A stretch of DNA of 24,669 bases, taken from a virus. Lineage: Duplodnaviria > Caudoviricetes. Below, in pieces: positions 23,643-24,669 of the stretch. The notes under the pieces are model-generated. The model was not told the DNA's origin and did no database searches. It was given only the letters and a program-made list of their open reading frames with translations. Every line of letters starts with the position of its first letter. Within the stretch, counting starts at the first letter, position 1. The stretch is from positions 1 to 24,669 of IMG/VR virus record IMGVR_UViG_3300017911_001876; one strand, 5' to 3'. A program made the position numbers and the translations under genes.

Positions 23643-24669
23643 GTGGAGCAGATTTCTGTAAGATTAAAAAACTATAGTATGATGGATATTGATTGCGATA
23701 GAGGTATCGCACAAGAACTATCTGACTATTTTTCTTTTTATGTGCCTGGCTATAAATTTATGCCAGCTTACAGAAATAAAGTTTGGGACGGTAAGATCCG
23801 TTTGTTCAACAGTCTGACAGGTGAGCTAAATGCGGGTCTGTACACATATTTGTTAAAGTTTGCTCGTGAGAGAAATTATACTGTTGGTCTTGAGGATAGT
23901 CCTTATGGTACACCGATTCAGGAACAAGCTGTGCCTGAATTTGACGGTTTTCTAGCTGCATCGAATCTACCGTTTCCTCCACGAGATTACCAATACCAAG
24001 CTGTAGTCCAAGCGTTAAAAGAGTCTCGAGCAATTTTGTTATCTCCTACTGGTTCTGGGAAATCATTTATTATATATTTACTTATGACATATTATATGTC
24101 TATGATTAATGCTGATAAAAAGATTCTTGTGATTGTTCCTACGACATCACTAGTAGAACAAATGTATAATGACTTTAAAGATTATGGTATGCATGTCGAT
24201 AATGCTGTGCATAAAATTTATTCTGGTAAAGACAAAGCAACTGATAAACGTATTATCGTATCTACATGGCAATCGATCTATAAACTACCGAAGAAATGGT
24301 TTGAACAATTTGGTATGGTAATTGGTGACGAGTGTCACGGCTTTAAGTCAAAGTCATTATCATCTATTATGAATAAATCAACTGAAGCAAAATATAGATT
24401 CGGTTTGACTGGTACGCTTGATGGAACACAGACACATAGACTGGTGCTAGAAGGTTTGTTTGGTCCAGTTCATAAAGTAACGACTACAAAGAAGTTACAA
24501 GACAATGACACATTAGCACCTCTCGATATCAAAGTATTACTATTAAACCATTCAGAAGAAGTAAGGAAGAACTTTGGCAAAAAAACATACCAAGAAGAAA
24601 TCGACTTTATTATCGGACATGAAGCTCGTAATCGTCTTATTTCCAATTTGGCTATTGACTCTGATGGCA
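23643..24669 (+). CDS. uvsW: SF2 DNA/RNA-DNA helicase UvsW, 3'-truncated by the window edge
   Basis: Missing from the ORF track because it has no stop in the window. GTG start right after the uvsY stop: VEQISVR...FSFYVPGYKFMPAYRNKVWDGKIRLF. In-frame Walker A SPTGSGKS (from 24042), IVPTTSLVEQM, STWQS, GDECH (from 24324) and GLTGT. Confidence 0.95.
   Translation, partial: MEQISVRLKNYSMMDIDCDRGIAQELSDYFSFYVPGYKFMPAYRNKVWDGKIRLFNSLTGELNAGLYTYLLKFARERNYTVGLEDSPYGTPIQEQAVPEFDGFLAASNLPFPPRDYQYQAVVQALKESRAILLSPTGSGKSFIIYLLMTYYMSMINADKKILVIVPTTSLVEQMYNDFKDYGMHVDNAVHKIYSGKDKATDKRIIVSTWQSIYKLPKKWFEQFGMVIGDECHGFKSKSLSSIMNKSTEAKYRFGLTGTLDGTQTHRLVLEGLFGPVHKVTTTKKLQDNDTLAPLDIKVLLLNHSEEVRKNFGKKTYQEEIDFIIGHEARNRLISNLAIDSDG

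Noticed and set aside
59-24033. All minus-strand and nested short ORFs in the track
   Set aside because: They overlap well-supported + strand genes, lack recognisable motifs, and oppose the orientation of every promoter and terminator found.
1-24669. tRNA or rRNA genes, or stop-codon reassignment
   Set aside because: No cloverleaf or T-loop signature was seen in the short intergenic gaps. Core genes are intact under the standard code. The small fibre genes mostly change frame at their junctions, so readthrough would not fuse them.

Overview
This window is a segment of a lytic T4-like myovirus genome, with all credible genes on the + strand. The gene order gp23-gp3-uvsY-uvsW and the absence of gp24, hoc and wac resemble marine T4-like phages. 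Strong AGGAG ribosome binding sites hint at a heterotrophic host, which is inference only. (1) 1-2937 is the end of a glycan-modification cluster: FkbM-like methyltransferase (5'-truncated), GT2-like glycosyltransferase, 2OG-Fe(II) oxygenase, and a cytidylyltransferase-cupin fusion. (2) 2965-8128 is a late, translationally coupled operon of very small tail-fibre-tip-like proteins. It holds two paralog triplets, each followed by an assembly-chaperone-like gene, and then a glycine-rich gp38-like adhesin. (3) 8188-21372 is the core morphogenesis module: gp13, a gp14 split into two ORFs, gp15-gp20, two small prohead-core-like genes, gp21, gp22 and gp23. (4) 21457-22601 is an accessory insert with a second 2OG oxygenase and a sigma70-type early mini-operon containing two unannotated hydrophobic peptides. 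(5) 22638 to the end holds gp3, uvsY and a partial uvsW. Six intergenic TATAAATA late promoters and several hairpins or terminators are visible. The most notable signals are four. First, an Asp-Ser-[G/S/A/D/N] motif is concentrated in exterior virion proteins next to a glycosylation cluster, a candidate virion glycosylation system. Second, the triplets of stand-alone fibre-tip mini-proteins share exact nucleotide blocks. Third, gp14 is split in the middle of a repeat. Fourth, a hairpin overlapping the late promoter occludes the gp13 RBS. All family assignments come from motif recognition by eye, and no database search was run.
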